DNA of 64,000 nucleotides from Bacteroidia bacterium (GCA_043778625.1 JAYWFU010000147.1:31516-95515), one strand, 5' to 3'. Counted from the stretch's first letter, positions 30,559 through 39,236 are shown. Program-made: numbers and translations. The notes: generated by a model from the letters alone, not told the origin.

Positions 30559-30977
30559 TACGAATAATAGGTTACTTGTAATTGATGTGTTTTTTTATCC
30601 TCTAATCCTGTAATTATAAAGTTGTTAATGTTTTGTATTGTTAGTAATTCAATAACTCCACCGTGCCCAATAGGCATACCTACTTCAACGCTTACAGTTG
30701 CCGTTTCGCTATAATGTGCTACAATTGTTTTATCGGTTGTTGTTGCGTCTGCCTCAATAGCTACAATAGCGGTTTTAGCATTGGCAGGAATATCGGGTAA
30801 TACTGTTACAGTACCAAACTCTACAATATCGTTAGCTATGCTAATACAATTATGGTCGGCTGTGTTACCATTTCCACTACCGTTTAGCAGTAGTTGTTCA
30901 AAAATACGTTGCAAGAGTTGCTCGGTATATGGTGAGTAGTCTGTGGCTTGTGGCGTGTATGGGCTAAATGTATTCAT
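30558..30977 (-). CDS. hypothetical protein (virion-associated?)
   Basis: 139-aa ORF abutting the fibre gene. Confidence 0.4.
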   Translation of the reverse strand: MNTFSPYTPQATDYSPYTEQLLQRIFEQLLLNGSGNGNTADHNCISIANDIVEFGTVTVLPDIPANAKTAIVAIEADATTTDKTIVAHYSETATVSVEVGMPIGHGGVIELLTIQNINNFIITGLEDKKTHQLQVTYYS

Positions 30978-31047
30978 TGTTATTTATTTTTTTTGTATAG
31001 GAGTAAAGCTGTCGCAACTAGCACGGTACAAACGATTATAATTAGTA

Positions 31048-31542
31048 CTAATCTTTTTTTTTTACTAATAATTGTTCAACATCTAACGCTAATAAATTAT
31101 GGCTTAGTATTATTGACATTAGTTTGCTAGCGTAATTTTCCCCCTCAGCATAACCTGCGTTTTGCAATGCTTGCGTTTGCTCTTGTGCTGTTGTTGCCGT
31201 AAAAACGCCATTCTTAGCATACCTAGAGTTTTGCAATAAAAAATTAGTGTGGTCGGTTATACTATCTTTTGCAGTATCGTACACTCTAAAATAACTTACT
31301 TTTTGCCCATCTTTTGGCGTGTTAAATGCTATTTTTTTGCCTTTGTAACCGTCTTGCGCTTTTATACCAAAATAGTTGGTTGCTTTTCGTGCCGTAATTC
31401 CGTTGCCAGCTACGCCATTATTATCGGAACTTTCAATAATCATTTGCGCCATTTTAACGCTAGGAAACAATCCTGTACCTAACGTAGTTTTAATTACATC
31501 AGCCTTGTGGGTTTCAATAAATAGTTTGCGAGCTTCGTTCAT
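31048..31542 (-). CDS. endolysin: mannosyl-glycoprotein endo-beta-N-acetylglucosaminidase (FlgJ-type glucosaminidase domain)
   Basis: MAQMIIESS...YFGIKA...GYAEGENYASKL matches glucosaminidase family (PF01832-like). Confidence 0.75.
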   Translation of the reverse strand: MNEARKLFIETHKADVIKTTLGTGLFPSVKMAQMIIESSDNNGVAGNGITARKATNYFGIKAQDGYKGKKIAFNTPKDGQKVSYFRVYDTAKDSITDHTNFLLQNSRYAKNGVFTATTAQEQTQALQNAGYAEGENYASKLMSIILSHNLLALDVEQLLVKKKD

Positions 31543-31700
31543 TACTTAATTATTTTGTGTACAATTATTATTACTAACCCTGCCAGTATAATACCTATTA
31601 CAAGGCTTATGATAGTTTCGGTTTTTATTTCTACTTCTACGGTGGGTAACTTAGCATCGTTGAGTAAGTTGTCCACCAGTTTTGAGTTTAATACGTTCAT
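31542..31700 (-). CDS. unannotated holin-like small membrane protein (52 aa, one C-terminal TM)
   Basis: Hand translation MNVLNSKLVDNLLNDAKLPTVEVEIKTETIISLVIGIILAGLVIIIVHKIIK; stop overlaps endolysin start by 1 nt; below the 60-aa ORF-track cutoff. Confidence 0.45.
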   Translation of the reverse strand: MNVLNSKLVDNLLNDAKLPTVEVEIKTETIISLVIGIILAGLVIIIVHKIIK

Positions 31701-31702
31701 TA

Positions 31703-32134
31703 TTATTGGCAATTAAGGCGTGCTAGTAACGCTAAGGTTTTGTCTTTTACTCCGCTGAAATAGTCGTAGTAGTCTTCTTTTTTTATCCAATCCGTCAAGG
31801 TTTCTTTTTTCTCGTCGTAATACTTTTGGTTAAATGCGTTGTACACTGCTACCACCATATCATCAGTACCTAATTGGTTAAGTTTATTCCAAGCAGCATC
31901 TTTAGTTCCGGTTAGTGTAAATAAGCCACTCATTACATCGTGTAGTTCAATAGCTAACGGTTCGGCATTCCAATCTTTAGGTATGTTAATTGCCCCTTTA
32001 GGATAGCTTGCTTGTGGGCCCTGGGCTTTTTCTTTGCCACGTTTTTTTCCCCAAAAGAAAATAGCAAGGCCAATAACAATTATTATTACTACTGTTATAA
32101 TTACTGGTTTGTAGCTTGAGTAAAATTCTTTCAT
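31703..32134 (-). CDS. N-terminally membrane-anchored protein (paralogue of next gene)
   Basis: Shared core ELHDVM.G.FT....KD.A..KL......V.AVYN.FNQ.YY with 32137-32598. Confidence 0.45.
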   Translation of the reverse strand: MKEFYSSYKPVIITVVIIIVIGLAIFFWGKKRGKEKAQGPQASYPKGAINIPKDWNAEPLAIELHDVMSGLFTLTGTKDAAWNKLNQLGTDDMVVAVYNAFNQKYYDEKKETLTDWIKKEDYYDYFSGVKDKTLALLARLNCQ

Positions 32135-32136
32135 TA

Positions 32137-32598
32137 TTATTTTTTAAATTGTAACGTTTGTAATTTGGCTATTGCCTTTTGTGCAATGCCTGTGTTAGCA
32201 TCGTAGCCTTCGTGCTGTATCCATTGTAATAAATTTTGCCCGCTATCGCTATAGTACAATTGATTAAACAAGTTGTAAACGGCTACTAACTGCACATTAT
32301 TTAATAGCAATAGCTTGCTGTATGCTTGGTCTTTGGTAGCTACACTTGTAAACACACCAGCCATAACATCATGTAGTTCAAGCACTAGCGGTAAGGCGTC
32401 GTACTTATTTGAATTAGTTGATTGGGTTTGTTTAGTGGGTGTAGTTTTTTTGGGTACCGTAGTCGTGCTTTGTGTATTTTCGGTTGCGTCTTTTGGAGCA
32501 ATAGCATCTTTAATTTGTTGCCAATACATATACACTACTGCTAACGTTATTAATAGTATTGCTATAATTAATATAGTATTAGTAGGTATTTTTTTCAT
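32137..32598 (-). CDS. N-terminally membrane-anchored protein (paralogue of previous gene)
   Basis: See above; T/Q-rich linker. Confidence 0.45.
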   Translation of the reverse strand: MKKIPTNTILIIAILLITLAVVYMYWQQIKDAIAPKDATENTQSTTTVPKKTTPTKQTQSTNSNKYDALPLVLELHDVMAGVFTSVATKDQAYSKLLLLNNVQLVAVYNLFNQLYYSDSGQNLLQWIQHEGYDANTGIAQKAIAKLQTLQFKK

Positions 32599-32602
32599 GG
32601 TC

Positions 32603-33433
32603 TTATTTTTTCTTTAAAAAATACCAAGCTAAGCCTGCTACCGTTGCTACTACTGATGCAATAACTATGTAGGCAGTGGTGGGTTTCATGCCCAGTATCT
32701 TTTTTTCGTCAGTAGGGGCTGGGGCATCGGCACCAGGTGCGGTTTCTCTTGCACCTTCTCCACCGTCACCTCCACCACCTCCAAGTACTCTACCTACAGT
32801 ATTAGCCACTGTATCTAATGGCGTTTTACTTGTAATACCTTGTTCTGCTAATGATTTTTCAGCTTCGGCACGTTCTAGTTTTGCTAAGCCTATATTTTTC
32901 TTTTTATCAGCTCGTGAATTTATTACTTCTGTACGTGCAGCCTTTCTGTCCATTTTCATATCAAATTTAGTTTGGCGATTAGCCTTAGCTTGTTTGCCTA
33001 AGCCTAAAAAACTTTGTTCTATTTCTGTTGCGGTCATGTTATCCATTTTGTTTAATAATTGTGTTGCTTTATAATTGTTATTTACTTCACTATCATAACG
33101 TAGTGCGTTTTTGTATTGTTTTTGTAATCGGCCGTAATGTTCAATGTTATTAAACGGCAGTACTTTACTTAGTGCGTATACGGCTTGTGTTAAACTTCTC
33201 CCACTTTTGGCATACTGTTCAAATGCGTAAGCATCAGCTTTAAATTCATCAGTAGTATTTAGTACTATATGCCCTGCTTCGTGGCACAATATAAAATATT
33301 GATAATCGTTAGTTAATGTGTCCCAAATTTTAGCATTTACCTTAACTACTCCTGTATTACGGTAGCATACAGCTGGCGTACTACCTAAATCATACACACG
33401 TTCTACTTTAGTAATTCCGTAAGGTAGTTGCAT
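32603..33433 (-). CDS. HExxH (HEAGH) motif protein with Gly-rich linker and C-terminal TM anchor
   Basis: ILCHEAGHIVL zinc-peptidase-like motif; C-terminal YIVIASVVATVAGLAWYFLKKK. Confidence 0.45.
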   Translation of the reverse strand: MQLPYGITKVERVYDLGSTPAVCYRNTGVVKVNAKIWDTLTNDYQYFILCHEAGHIVLNTTDEFKADAYAFEQYAKSGRSLTQAVYALSKVLPFNNIEHYGRLQKQYKNALRYDSEVNNNYKATQLLNKMDNMTATEIEQSFLGLGKQAKANRQTKFDMKMDRKAARTEVINSRADKKKNIGLAKLERAEAEKSLAEQGITSKTPLDTVANTVGRVLGGGGGDGGEGARETAPGADAPAPTDEKKILGMKPTTAYIVIASVVATVAGLAWYFLKKK

Positions 33434-34017
33434 TATTTTTTCATTTTAACTATGGCTACAATTAGTACTATTACTACTGCTACTACTAAGCCTATTACAA
33501 GTTTGCTATCCACTCCTGCAATTTTTTTGCTTGGTGTATTGTCTGCTGGTGTATCTTCGGCTGCGTTTCCGCCACCTTTAAATACTCCCTTAACATCGTT
33601 GGCTATAACTACGGTTTCTTTGGCTAAACCTATTGTTTGCTTAAATCCGTTTACAAAATTACTCCAGCCTTTGCCTTTTTCTTTTTGTTGATTTTGCTTA
33701 GTATTAGGTAGTACATCATTTGCGCTATCGTCCGATTTGGTAGATGGCGAAAATTTAACATCGTTTTTTAAATTACTACTCGTTTTTTTTGCAAATATTT
33801 TTTTAATTACACCGCCTGCAAAATTTTGTTGGCTATCATGGTTGTGTCCAATATGGTACAATTCCATAATAAACGGCTCTTTAAATAATATGCAAGCTGA
33901 TATAGTGTTTTCGTAATTAACAGGCTTGTAAATTCCGTATTGCTTATACAATAAAGCTACGTCGGTAGGACGTAGCTTTATAATATCCATAACAATACTT
34001 TCAAAACTATTTTCCAT
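33433..34017 (-). CDS. hypothetical tail-anchored membrane protein
   Basis: C-terminal hydrophobic helix + KMKK. Confidence 0.4.
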   Translation of the reverse strand: MENSFESIVMDIIKLRPTDVALLYKQYGIYKPVNYENTISACILFKEPFIMELYHIGHNHDSQQNFAGGVIKKIFAKKTSSNLKNDVKFSPSTKSDDSANDVLPNTKQNQQKEKGKGWSNFVNGFKQTIGLAKETVVIANDVKGVFKGGGNAAEDTPADNTPSKKIAGVDSKLVIGLVVAVVIVLIVAIVKMKK

Positions 34018-34046
34018 TATTGAATTGTTTTAAAAGTGATTATTTT

Positions 34047-34772
34047 TTATCTGCGCATCAATCCTAATGCGTTTATTGTTTGACCTGCTTTGGTTGCTTT
34101 TTTTGCAAGTGAGCGAGCGTTGTTTAACACTGCGCCTATCTTGTAAGTAAGGTCAATACTTTCTCCTGCACCTACTGTAAACAAAATAACGTTTTGGTTA
34201 TCTAACTGAAAATCGTTACGATTTGCTAAGTTGATAAATCCTTTTTTGTCGTTAAATTGTTCTGGGCGTGTAACGTTAGTTAAACTTAACTGGTTTTGAG
34301 ATTGGCGACGGAATGGCGAAATAGTACCCGTTTGTATTACTTTACCAAAGGTAGATGCTGATGTACTGTTAATTACTAACTCTACAATACGAGTAGGGTT
34401 GTATTTAACAAAGCCCATTAAGCCGTTAATACTAAAGTTACTTAGTGAAGCAGTAGCTGTTAAGCCTGCTGTTGCTGAACCTAATAACAAACCGTCTGCA
34501 ATAATAGCATCTACAGTTGAGCCAAAAGATGCTGCCAAGTCCGCAGGTGTTTGAAAATATGCAGCACTTAATGCTACTACTTTGTCTGTTGCGAATGTAT
34601 TAACTAACTTAAAGCTAAATGCAACATCGCTATCTTGTTCGGCTATAAATGATTTTGCAGGGCTTCCGTTAAAACTTAACGCATCGTCTCCCATACCTAC
34701 ATACGATGTTTCATCACCTTCGTAGCTTGATAAATTTCTTTGTGCTTGCATTTCTAAATCTTGAGTTGTCAT
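34047..34772 (-). CDS. hypothetical structural protein (candidate major capsid protein by size and position)
   Basis: 241 aa, beta-rich composition, no TM; inference only. Confidence 0.3.
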   Translation of the reverse strand: MTTQDLEMQAQRNLSSYEGDETSYVGMGDDALSFNGSPAKSFIAEQDSDVAFSFKLVNTFATDKVVALSAAYFQTPADLAASFGSTVDAIIADGLLLGSATAGLTATASLSNFSINGLMGFVKYNPTRIVELVINSTSASTFGKVIQTGTISPFRRQSQNQLSLTNVTRPEQFNDKKGFINLANRNDFQLDNQNVILFTVGAGESIDLTYKIGAVLNNARSLAKKATKAGQTINALGLMRR

Positions 34773-34781
34773 TGTGTTTTT

Positions 34782-34982
34782 TTATTTGTTGGTTAATACT
34801 GTTTTAACGGTTTCTTTTTTTGGTGTAAACAAATGAGGCTCTAAATCACCTATATTCATTGTTGTACCGTCATCTAATTTTTTCATTACTCTTTGTTTAA
34901 TAGCATAACTTAACGCTATACCTACTGCTAAAAAAATTACAGCCATCACTGTAAAATCTAACCATGTTAATTTTAAATTCAT
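34782..34982 (-). CDS. small single-TM membrane protein
   Basis: 66 aa with one hydrophobic helix. Confidence 0.35.
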   Translation of the reverse strand: MNLKLTWLDFTVMAVIFLAVGIALSYAIKQRVMKKLDDGTTMNIGDLEPHLFTPKKETVKTVLTNK

Positions 34983-35053
34983 TTTGTATTTTTTAAGGGT
35001 TATTGTTTGGGTTTATTGTGGTACAAATGTGAGTAATGTGCCAACCCTCAAAA

Positions 35054-35120
35054 CCAGTAAACGCACGTAAACGCTAGTAAGTGCACGTAAAAGCACGTAA
35101 CGCTAACTAAGCGCAAGTAA
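35054..35120. repeat. seven consecutive 10-bp-periodic repeats (nnC[AG]nGTAAn; core GCACGTAA x3)
   Basis: ccagtaaa cgcacgtaaa cgctagtaag tgcacgtaaa agcacgtaac gctaactaag cgcaagtaaa read directly. Confidence 0.5.
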
Positions 35121-35122
35121 AA

Positions 35123-35150
35123 ACCCCACTTTACGCATTGGTAAAGTGGG
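35123..35150 (-). terminator. perfect 11-bp stem hairpin CCCCACTTTAC-GCATTG-GTAAAGTGGGG; T5 follows on the minus strand
   Basis: Inverted repeat read directly; sits downstream of the minus-strand DUF4248 gene. Confidence 0.5.
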
Positions 35151-35233
35151 GTTGGTGGTAAAACGGCAACGGTTCGAACGTTTATTTTTACCTTCCTTTC
35201 AGTAACGTAATTCCTGTTATACTATCCGTTTTA

Positions 35234-35416
35234 TTAAGGTTCGCCTATGTGGTTAATTATTATTAATACTTGTTTTGGGGTGTATGTTTTACCGTTGTAT
35301 ATACCTATTTGGGCGTGTATTGGCTTGAGCCACGAGCGCAGTATACGCAAACTACAACCATACAACTGCGCTAGTTGTTCTTTGCTGTAGGGTTGTATTG
35401 TAAATTCGGGTTTCAT
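35234..35416 (-). CDS. DUF4248-like small HTH protein (Bacteroidota mobile-element associated)
   Basis: 60 aa; ...YSKEQLAQLYGCS...WL...TYTPKQVLIIINHIGEP matches the DUF4248 pattern. Confidence 0.6.
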   Translation of the reverse strand: MKPEFTIQPYSKEQLAQLYGCSLRILRSWLKPIHAQIGIYNGKTYTPKQVLIIINHIGEP

Positions 35417-35566
35417 TTATTTGTTTTTTGTTGTATATTTGTATTCATAAAGAATTTGAAAAGGGAGTTTGTCATCTTTTCTGTAAAAATTTTGAATGCT
35501 TATATACCTCAAAATTTTTTCTAAAAAAAAAAACGAAATAGCCCCTTAGAAGGCACCTGAATGTTT

Positions 35567-35591
35567 CCCCTTTTAGCTGTGCTAAAAGGGG
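35567..35591. terminator. hairpin CCCCTTTT-AGCTGTGCT-AAAAGGGG followed by a T-rich tract on the plus strand
   Basis: Perfect 8-bp stem; overlaps stop codon of 35582-36022. Confidence 0.4.
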
Positions 35592-36022
35592 TTTAATTTT
35601 TTATTGGGCTTCACACTTGTTAAATCGTGGTGATAATAATGTTTTTTAGATCCGTTATCCTTGATTGTAAATCTTACTTCGTGAGGAGTTCCGTCTATCA
35701 TCATTACATAAAAAAAGTAATAAATAGTTTCTGCTCCACTTCTTTTATCCGCAGCCATATCATGTAATAACGCATATTTTAAAACTTCTCTAATTACAGT
35801 AAAAGATTTTATTTTTAATACTGTGGCTCTCGAGTTTATACCATGCTTTACACTTTCAAATTCAATAATAAAACCAGTATGTTTATTTAAAACTGGCTGT
35901 GTATTAATTTCTCCTTTCTTAATCGCATTAAAAATTCGTTGCTTAAAAAACACAAATTCTTTTTTAGGAATGCTACTTAAACCTACATACTTAGGGTAAT
36001 ATTTTGTATCTGCTCTTATCAT
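35582..36022 (-). CDS. hypothetical protein
   Basis: 146-aa ORF; no motif recognised. Confidence 0.4.
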   Translation of the reverse strand: MIRADTKYYPKYVGLSSIPKKEFVFFKQRIFNAIKKGEINTQPVLNKHTGFIIEFESVKHGINSRATVLKIKSFTVIREVLKYALLHDMAADKRSGAETIYYFFYVMMIDGTPHEVRFTIKDNGSKKHYYHHDLTSVKPNKKLNPF

Positions 36023-36026
36023 TTTT

Positions 36027-36593
36027 CTATTTTAAAATACTTATTGTTTCGTAAGGGTTTTTGCTTTGCATTACTTTGTTGTAGGCTCGCTCTACTTGTG
36101 GGTAACAACCTGCCATGGCTTCTTTGCGGTAGCTTGGGTGGTCGCCCGTTTTAAACAATTGAAAGCAATCGGCTATGGTTATTAAGTCTTTCATTACCCA
36201 CGCCCAACTGTGGTACATAAATATCATATCCACATTTTTTTGTTTGGTGTCAATAATGTATTCCTCTACTTCTTTAGGTAGCTTGCGCTTAATTACTTTG
36301 TAGGCGTCCTCTACTACTATTAGCGCGTTCCACACGTGTTCTTTAACTTGGGCTATGGCTTCGTTAAACTCGTAACTAGGTATTATTAAGCGGTACACGC
36401 CTTTTTTCCACGCTGGGAGTTGTGCTATGCTTATTATAGGTATATCAACGTAGGCGTCGTGGGCAAGTGTATCTATAATTAATACTTTCATACCCTTGGC
36501 TAGGTATATGGGTATTAGTTTTTTTAGGTACGTTGTTTTGCCTGTGCCACGGTCGCCCACTAGTACGCTTACCATATTCATACGCTCTGCCAT
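36027..36593 (-). CDS. P-loop NTPase (candidate phage packaging/assembly ATPase; Zot-like or PRD1-P9-like size)
   Basis: Walker A GDRGTGKTT, Walker B ALIVVEDA; 188 aa. Confidence 0.65.
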   Translation of the reverse strand: MAERMNMVSVLVGDRGTGKTTYLKKLIPIYLAKGMKVLIIDTLAHDAYVDIPIISIAQLPAWKKGVYRLIIPSYEFNEAIAQVKEHVWNALIVVEDAYKVIKRKLPKEVEEYIIDTKQKNVDMIFMYHSWAWVMKDLITIADCFQLFKTGDHPSYRKEAMAGCYPQVERAYNKVMQSKNPYETISILK

Positions 36594-37261
36594 TAGTCAA
36601 ACACTACATCAAGTACGCGTTGCCCAATTACATTAATTACCGCAAACGCCATGTGTGCGCCTACTGGTAGTTCAATTTGTTTTTCTTTAAAGTAGCGGCC
36701 AAATACTTCGGCTAGGTCAGTTTCTTCCTGTGGCTGAAAGGGTATTTTTTTGAGCGTACGGTCTTTCTTTGCATCTAGCTTATTGTAGCGTTCAATAAGT
36801 TGCTTGTCGGCATCGGTTAATGTGGCTACATCTGCGTTGGTTTTTTCAATTATACGCTCTTGCTCGTCTTTGGTAAATTGCTTTTGAAACTTACGCTCTA
36901 CCACCAATGTTAGCACTGTGCGCTGCGTAATGTCCAACATACCAATGGCAGTGCGTGCGCTACTTTCCACCACTTTATCAGTTATTTGTTTACCCGCTTT
37001 TTTATCTTCGGGGGCATCAACTGTGGTAGTGGTTTCGGTTTGTTTTTTGGGTAGTAATTCGGGTGTAAAATCATCAGCCTCCCACGAACTATCCGTTTTT
37101 ACCAGACTGTTGGTTTTTGTTTCAGCATTGGTTGTTGCGTCAGCTGATTGTACTTTACTGTTAGTTTTAACATCGGTTGATTTTGATAACTCGGCAAGCA
37201 TATCAAAGTTTTCGGTAGTAATGGTTACTGCTGTTTCGGGGGTGTTGGTGTTATCTTGCAT
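36593..37261 (-). CDS. hypothetical acidic T/E/D-rich protein
   Basis: 222-aa ORF, start overlaps ATPase stop. Confidence 0.4.
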   Translation of the reverse strand: MQDNTNTPETAVTITTENFDMLAELSKSTDVKTNSKVQSADATTNAETKTNSLVKTDSSWEADDFTPELLPKKQTETTTTVDAPEDKKAGKQITDKVVESSARTAIGMLDITQRTVLTLVVERKFQKQFTKDEQERIIEKTNADVATLTDADKQLIERYNKLDAKKDRTLKKIPFQPQEETDLAEVFGRYFKEKQIELPVGAHMAFAVINVIGQRVLDVVFD

Positions 37262-37595
37262 ATTTTTCGAGTAGTGGCATGGTTTCTTTTATGAATGAAA
37301 ATCGTTTTTCTAGCGATGCTTTTTTCATAGGATTAACAAACTCTACCATTAACTTAGGTAGTAAGCCTCCTATAATTGAAAACACATTTTTTTCGTTGTT
37401 GAGTATTTCGGGTTTTATATTGCCGTTTTCGTCTGCTAGGTCTAAGCCTGTTATTATTTTTTTAACAAAATTTTTTAAGTCTTCGATGTCTTGCTTGTAC
37501 TCTGCGTTTTGGTCTAAAACTTGCTTTACTTGCATTTGTTGCTCGTGGTTAAGTACCACATCGGGCAGGCGGTCGGTAATTTGTGGTGTGTTCAT
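37251..37595 (-). CDS. hypothetical protein
   Basis: 114-aa ORF in operon. Confidence 0.4.
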   Translation of the reverse strand: MNTPQITDRLPDVVLNHEQQMQVKQVLDQNAEYKQDIEDLKNFVKKIITGLDLADENGNIKPEILNNEKNVFSIIGGLLPKLMVEFVNPMKKASLEKRFSFIKETMPLLEKYAR

Positions 37596-37613
37596 TTTAT
37601 TTATTTTTTACTA

Positions 37614-38057
37614 TTAAAACTTTTCGCCGTGGCGTTTTTCAATTTGGCGTAATAGTCCACTGTAATCGTCCAGCAAGGCGTGTTTAATACTTTGGTTTAC
37701 TAGGCAGTTGTAAAAATCTTCTGTGTTGTTGGTAGCGTATTTTTTTAAGTAACCGTCGTTAACCATTGTGGGGCGTAGCTTACGAGTAATAACCTTAACG
37801 TTATCGTCAAAGGTTATTATTAGCTCGTTAGGGGTTAATTCAATAGGCGTAGGTACGTTTACCAATACTTCGTTTACGGTTTCTTTAATTACCTCCACTG
37901 GCACCTCAATAGTTTGTGTTGTTGGCTCAGCAGTGGCCAAAGCTCGCAAGGTTGCAAAGGCAGTTTCTTTGTTGGGGTGTTGTTTGCAGTAGTCGTCAAA
38001 CCATTGTTTGTCGGTTACTGCTATACGTGCTGTTAGGGTTATTGTTTTGTTTTCCAT
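37614..38057 (-). CDS. hypothetical protein
   Basis: 147-aa ORF. Confidence 0.4.
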   Translation of the reverse strand: MENKTITLTARIAVTDKQWFDDYCKQHPNKETAFATLRALATAEPTTQTIEVPVEVIKETVNEVLVNVPTPIELTPNELIITFDDNVKVITRKLRPTMVNDGYLKKYATNNTEDFYNCLVNQSIKHALLDDYSGLLRQIEKRHGEKF

Positions 38058-38061
38058 GGGG

Positions 38062-38466
38062 TTATTTGCGTTTAGCTTTGCGTTGTTGGCTACGGTAGGT
38101 TTGTACGGTGTGCTTGCGTGGTATGTAAATAGGGTTAGGCTTATCTACAAATTGATACATTGGATACATTGGTTTTTTGCGTTTAATGAATTTTTTATTT
38201 TTTATTGTAATTATTCTTACACCCCTTTCTGCTATTATAGCTAACGTGTTTGCATCTTGTTTTAAACTTGGTAATGGCGCAGTACATTCAGTAGGTGGTG
38301 TTGTAATCATAGTGTTTGTGTTGTGTGTGGCGTGTTTGTTGGGTTGTTTAGGTTTAAAACAATGTGTTTGGCCGTTGTTTTGATTTAAAACACGATGTTT
38401 GCAATTTGTTTTAAAATGTTTGAGCCTTGTTTCAAAGTCAAACACCGTGTTTGAATTCGTGTGCAA
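38062..38466 (-). CDS. hypothetical basic protein
   Basis: 134 aa, K/R-rich C-terminus. Confidence 0.4.
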   Translation of the reverse strand: MHTNSNTVFDFETRLKHFKTNCKHRVLNQNNGQTHCFKPKQPNKHATHNTNTMITTPPTECTAPLPSLKQDANTLAIIAERGVRIITIKNKKFIKRKKPMYPMYQFVDKPNPIYIPRKHTVQTYRSQQRKAKRK

Positions 38467-38541
38467 ATGTGAAACAAACCCTCCACAAGGGTTTAAGGTT
38501 CTTTAAGGTTCTTTAAACTTTAATTCAAAATAATTTTAAAC

Positions 38542-38575
38542 ACAACAAAAAACCCACACCGTGTAGGGTGTGGGT
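38542..38575 (-). terminator. rho-independent terminator (A6 then CCCACACC-GTGTAG-GGTGTGGG) for minus-strand gene 38603-39004
   Basis: Stem read directly; T-run on minus strand. Confidence 0.55.
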
Positions 38576-38602
38576 TGGGTAAAATTTGGTTATAACTAAC
38601 TA

Positions 38603-39004
38603 CTAGCTGGCTCGGTTACTTGCCCAAGTTATAAGTTCGGTAGCATCGTTAATGGCTATTGTTAGCACATCTTTTTTGCCCACACCATCGTAACCTGCTA
38701 CAAGGTGTAGCAATTGATAACAGCTAACGTAGTAACCTAGCATTTTTTTGTTTATTTTACCTAATGCTTCTTGGTAATCTTTTACGTCTCGGCGTTGTGT
38801 TTTTTTAGCTAATGGGGGTAGTATGTTTGCGTGGTCTAAAGCATATAGTATACCAGTGTAAGCGGTATGCCCAGCCATTTTTACATATTTTTTATCGGTA
38901 TAAAAACTATTTTCCAACTTGCCCTTAGTTTTTAATATTTCTTTGGCATTGCTTATATAACGTTGCCCCTCGGTTAGTACTTCGTTTTTTGTAGTGGTTT
39001 TCAT
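38603..39004 (-). CDS. hypothetical protein; moron-like independently terminated gene
   Basis: 133 aa; flanked by hairpins at 38550-38575 and 39059-39081. Confidence 0.45.
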   Translation of the reverse strand: MKTTTKNEVLTEGQRYISNAKEILKTKGKLENSFYTDKKYVKMAGHTAYTGILYALDHANILPPLAKKTQRRDVKDYQEALGKINKKMLGYYVSCYQLLHLVAGYDGVGKKDVLTIAINDATELITWASNRAS

Positions 39005-39058
39005 AGTGCTATGTTTTTACTTGTACAAATATAATTATTTTTTTACTCCAAAACACAA

Positions 39059-39081
39059 CGCCCACGCATAGTGCGTGGGCG
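39059..39081 (-). terminator. hairpin CGCCCACGCA-TAG-TGCGTGGGCG downstream of minus-strand ORF 39087-39236
   Basis: Perfect 10-bp inverted repeat. Confidence 0.45.
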
Positions 39082-39086
39082 TGGCA

Positions 39087-39236
39087 TTAACCTAAATGCT
39101 TGTGTATTAACTCCAATTGCAATGGCGTAAACTCGCGCTGAAACTTAACCAATATTAAGTTAGGTACTGTACGTAACCACTTGTATAAGGTTGGGTAACT
39201 TATGTTGTAATAGTAGCGTAGCTCTTGCTTGTTCAT
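39087..39236 (-). CDS. unannotated 49-aa DUF4248-like small HTH protein
   Basis: Hand translation MNKQELRYYYNISYPTLYKWLRTVPNLILVKFQREFTPLQLELIHKHLG; C-terminal FTP.Q...I..HLG pattern as in 35234-35416. Confidence 0.45.
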   Translation of the reverse strand: MNKQELRYYYNISYPTLYKWLRTVPNLILVKFQREFTPLQLELIHKHLG

